The position numbers were made by a program, and so were the translations under genes. The notes under the pieces were generated by a model, which saw only the letters and a program-made list of their open reading frames with translations, did no database searches and was not told the origin of the DNA. Below are positions 61,159-64,000 of a DNA stretch of 64,000 nucleotides, one piece after another. Positions within the stretch are counted from its first letter, which is position 1, and every line of letters begins with the position of its first letter. The DNA comes from Tubulanus polymorphus (Eukaryota; Animalia; Nemertea), in contig NC_134028.1 of the NCBI RefSeq assembly GCF_964204645.1, forward strand, positions 24,548,345 through 24,612,344, written 5' to 3'.

Positions 61159-63235
61159 TTATTTTCCAGATGTCCTGGAATTTCCGTTATTTTTTCGTTT
61201 AAATTTTTTCAATTTATGTTTGACGTCGATTTGTTGTTTTTTGGATTTGTTTTTATGTTTTGCGTCGAGCGTGTGCCTGAAATTAATTTTCGGTTGATGT
61301 TTTTTCTTCGTCGACGGTTTATTGAGTTTCCGCGATAAAACGGTTTTCCTGATCCTGAAAAAATAAACAAAAACAAAATCTAATTCATGCCACAGGATTG
61401 AGTAGTTCAGGATTCCTAGTGTCCATGACCAATCTCAGTAAAAAATGTTAACTCCAATTCCAGAACTTTATATTTCACATCATATTTGCATTGGCCAGAA
61501 TCATTGAGATAAATAATAAAAAAATTGAGATAAATTGAGTTGAGATAAATAATCAGACTACTTTAGAAGACCAAACAATATGCCTTATTCACTTGACGTC
61601 ACTGCATTTCATAAATGTCCTAACATGATTTAGTGAAGTAACGGTTGACAATCATTTGACCCCGCGAACAATACACATTTGTGAATAAGGTTTATACCAT
61701 GATCTGATATACTGTACACAGTCAATAGATGATATGTGACCAGTCGCTTCAAATTGTAATCAGATGCCATCCAAGGACCATGACAATGTTAAAGGATTTT
61801 AGAGCCCATTCCATGATAATCGAGGCCTTGGATCACCCCATTCCCATTTCAAAAACTTGAGGACCTTCAAGGACTGCTATGAACCCTGGAAGTTCCCATA
61901 TAATCTTGCTGATTTTTGGAAAAATTTTACATTCTTATATGTCAAACTCACCTCGGTTTTTCATCCGTGTCATTCTCGTCTTCAGAACTATCGCTTTCCT
62001 GAAAATGAAGTTCATTTGTTCAATTTAATTATCATTTAAAAAAACAAATCTTCAATTTTCTTTTCTGCGATGAGACATTTAGGACCCAAATATAGCTATG
62101 GCGTAAAAAGGGATCAAAACATTTTGACAAACACTATGTTGAATTTTTCACACTTTTTTCACTCAATTTTCTCAGCAGACATCCATTTGTTACATCAAGT
62201 TTACTCGCGCAGATGTAGGTAAGGATAAGTGGTCAACAACAGCTTACCTTATTCGTTCCTAACATTGTCACTTCTTTATCGACGTCGATGACCTCAGTTA
62301 CTGTAACGCTGTGTTCAGGGAAGTCAAACGTTTGACTATCTACGAGATGTTCTACCTCAGGAACCGATCTCTGGTTCTTTATGCTGTGCAGGATCTTCTC
62401 TTTATACTAAATAAATGAATAAATAAATACAAAACTCAATTTCATAATTTTTGATAACTTCAACTTTAAAATTGATCTCCAGTTGGGATTTGCTTGAAAA
62501 TGAAAAGTAAACTAAACAATTTTAACTACCTCTATCATAGACCTATGTCCCAGACAGACCCACATTTGTATCATTATCTTTTTTACCTCTTGCTTGATTT
62601 TCTTTTTTTCATCTTTCAACTTTTGTATCATTTGCTCCTGAGCTTTTTTGCGTCGTTCCGTTTTCCTTTTTTGAAAACCGGTCAAGAACTCCCTGTATAT
62701 AGAGAAAAAAAGAAAATAGTGGGTCAGACTCTGAAAGCATCGGGTCCAGTGATCGGTAGGCCTACCAGAATCTTTGTCTCTAGTAAGTATAGAGTCTGTA
62801 TGCGTGATGTATATATATATATATATATATACAGGGATACGTGGATGCATCTGATACTGGTTTCATCCATTCACTATATCACTATGAGAGATCTATCAAA
62901 AATGTGACAAGCTCCTGTGAGATGGATCGGAATATAAATTTACCAGTGGAATATAATTTGTAAAACAATTCTTTATGCTTGTACTTGTTATGAATTTTTC
63001 ACCTTGGCTCAATTGAAATCAACAACTTTCGTTATCTTGTAATTGATGATATGAAGTAATTTGTATTGAATTGAATATTTTGATTGTATTGTTGATGTAC
63101 TTGGACACGTATTTTTAATGATTTAATCGAGTTCACAGTTACATTCGAAAATAAAACTCACACTCTTGCTTTGTCATCGAATACTAAATGCAGTTGGTTT
63201 TTCTTCTTGGCCGCTTTATTCGCCCTTTTGCCCAT
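61159..63235 (-). CDS. NOL12: Nucleolar protein 12 (NOL12 / Rrp17 family), 5 coding exons, ~193 aa
   Basis: Exons 63162-63235, 62587-62692, 62248-62406, 61952-61998, 61159-61354 (582 nt, in frame). MGKRANKAAKKKNQLHLVFDDKARVEFLTGFQKRKTERRKKAQEQ matches the NOL12 signature FDEEKRREYLTGFHKRK; Lys-rich C-terminus. Confidence 0.92.
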
Positions 63236-64000
63236 ATTTTTACTTTATCTGTTTATTTTTTCTACCGATATTTAGTCACTAGTGACATCTATAGGCGTGT
63301 ATGTAGTTTAGCAAATTCAAATCTTGTTTCTATATTGATCATTAACTTTCGCGGGCCACCCGCCGCCTCCGAGGTGTCCGTTTCACGAAATATTTAAACT
63401 CGAATCTTAGCCGCTCTTATTGATTACTTCATACTATTAAAGTGTAGCAACTTACGTCACATAGGGCCTTACCGTTTCAAGTGAAGCACATTTTCTGAGG
63501 AGTTGCCGCCGAAGATCCCAGCGCCCGCCGACGGTGAAACTTCGTGTGTGCCCCAAAAGTAGTGAAAAAACAACAACTAGGAGAATAGGTTTCATCAAAT
63601 GAAGGTTTGATTGTATATTTTCGAAACCACGGACACGTCACTGTTGTTTTAGTTGGGGGAGGGTGTAATTTCTACGTAGGCGCCATGGTCTGCCGGGTCC
63701 CAGTTCTGTATCCATTAATCATTGAAGGAAAATAAATGGGCCCGGTTTGGGATATAGGACACCCAGGTCGGAGAAGAGCGAACGAATTTTTTTTCGATAA
63801 GATACTATGAAATAGAAATCAGCGAGTAAAACCGGTTCACTACCTTGACTTACAGAAAATTGAGCATTCAAGTTCTTGCAGGCGCTTTTCGGGCAAACAA
63901 TGTATATTTTGGTTGAATTCCCACGACATAAATCGATATCTTGTCAACTAATAAATTTAACACGGTGTATAATGTTGAATTTTGGAAATGTTTAACTTGC

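Overview
AT-rich, intron-rich eukaryotic DNA, most likely from an invertebrate animal (species cannot be determined from the sequence). Five protein-coding genes can be assembled by hand from GT-AG splice sites: the 3' seven exons of a protein xylosyltransferase (XYLT/oxt, +, 1800-6877); a complete 20-exon BMS1 (-, 35649-49452, about 1201 aa); a dynein light chain LC8 nested antisense in BMS1 intron 12 (+, 42996-43280); a GRB2/Drk-family SH3-SH2-SH3 adaptor head-to-head with BMS1 (+, 50549-53746); and NOL12/Rrp17 (-, 61159-63235). Between XYLT and BMS1 lies a ~24 kb block with no recognisable protein gene, bounded by ~250 bp direct repeats. It holds an inverted pair of LINE remnants, tandemly repeated exon/intron-like units, a 7 kb ~59 bp satellite with higher-order structure, and a 4.5 kb array in which tRNA-sized A-box/B-box units alternate with eight copies of a ~177 bp hairpin. 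That array is the most unusual structure here, although passive repeat amplification explains it as well as function does. Many small MITE-like and SINE-like elements sit in introns. All coordinates were read by eye and no searches were run.
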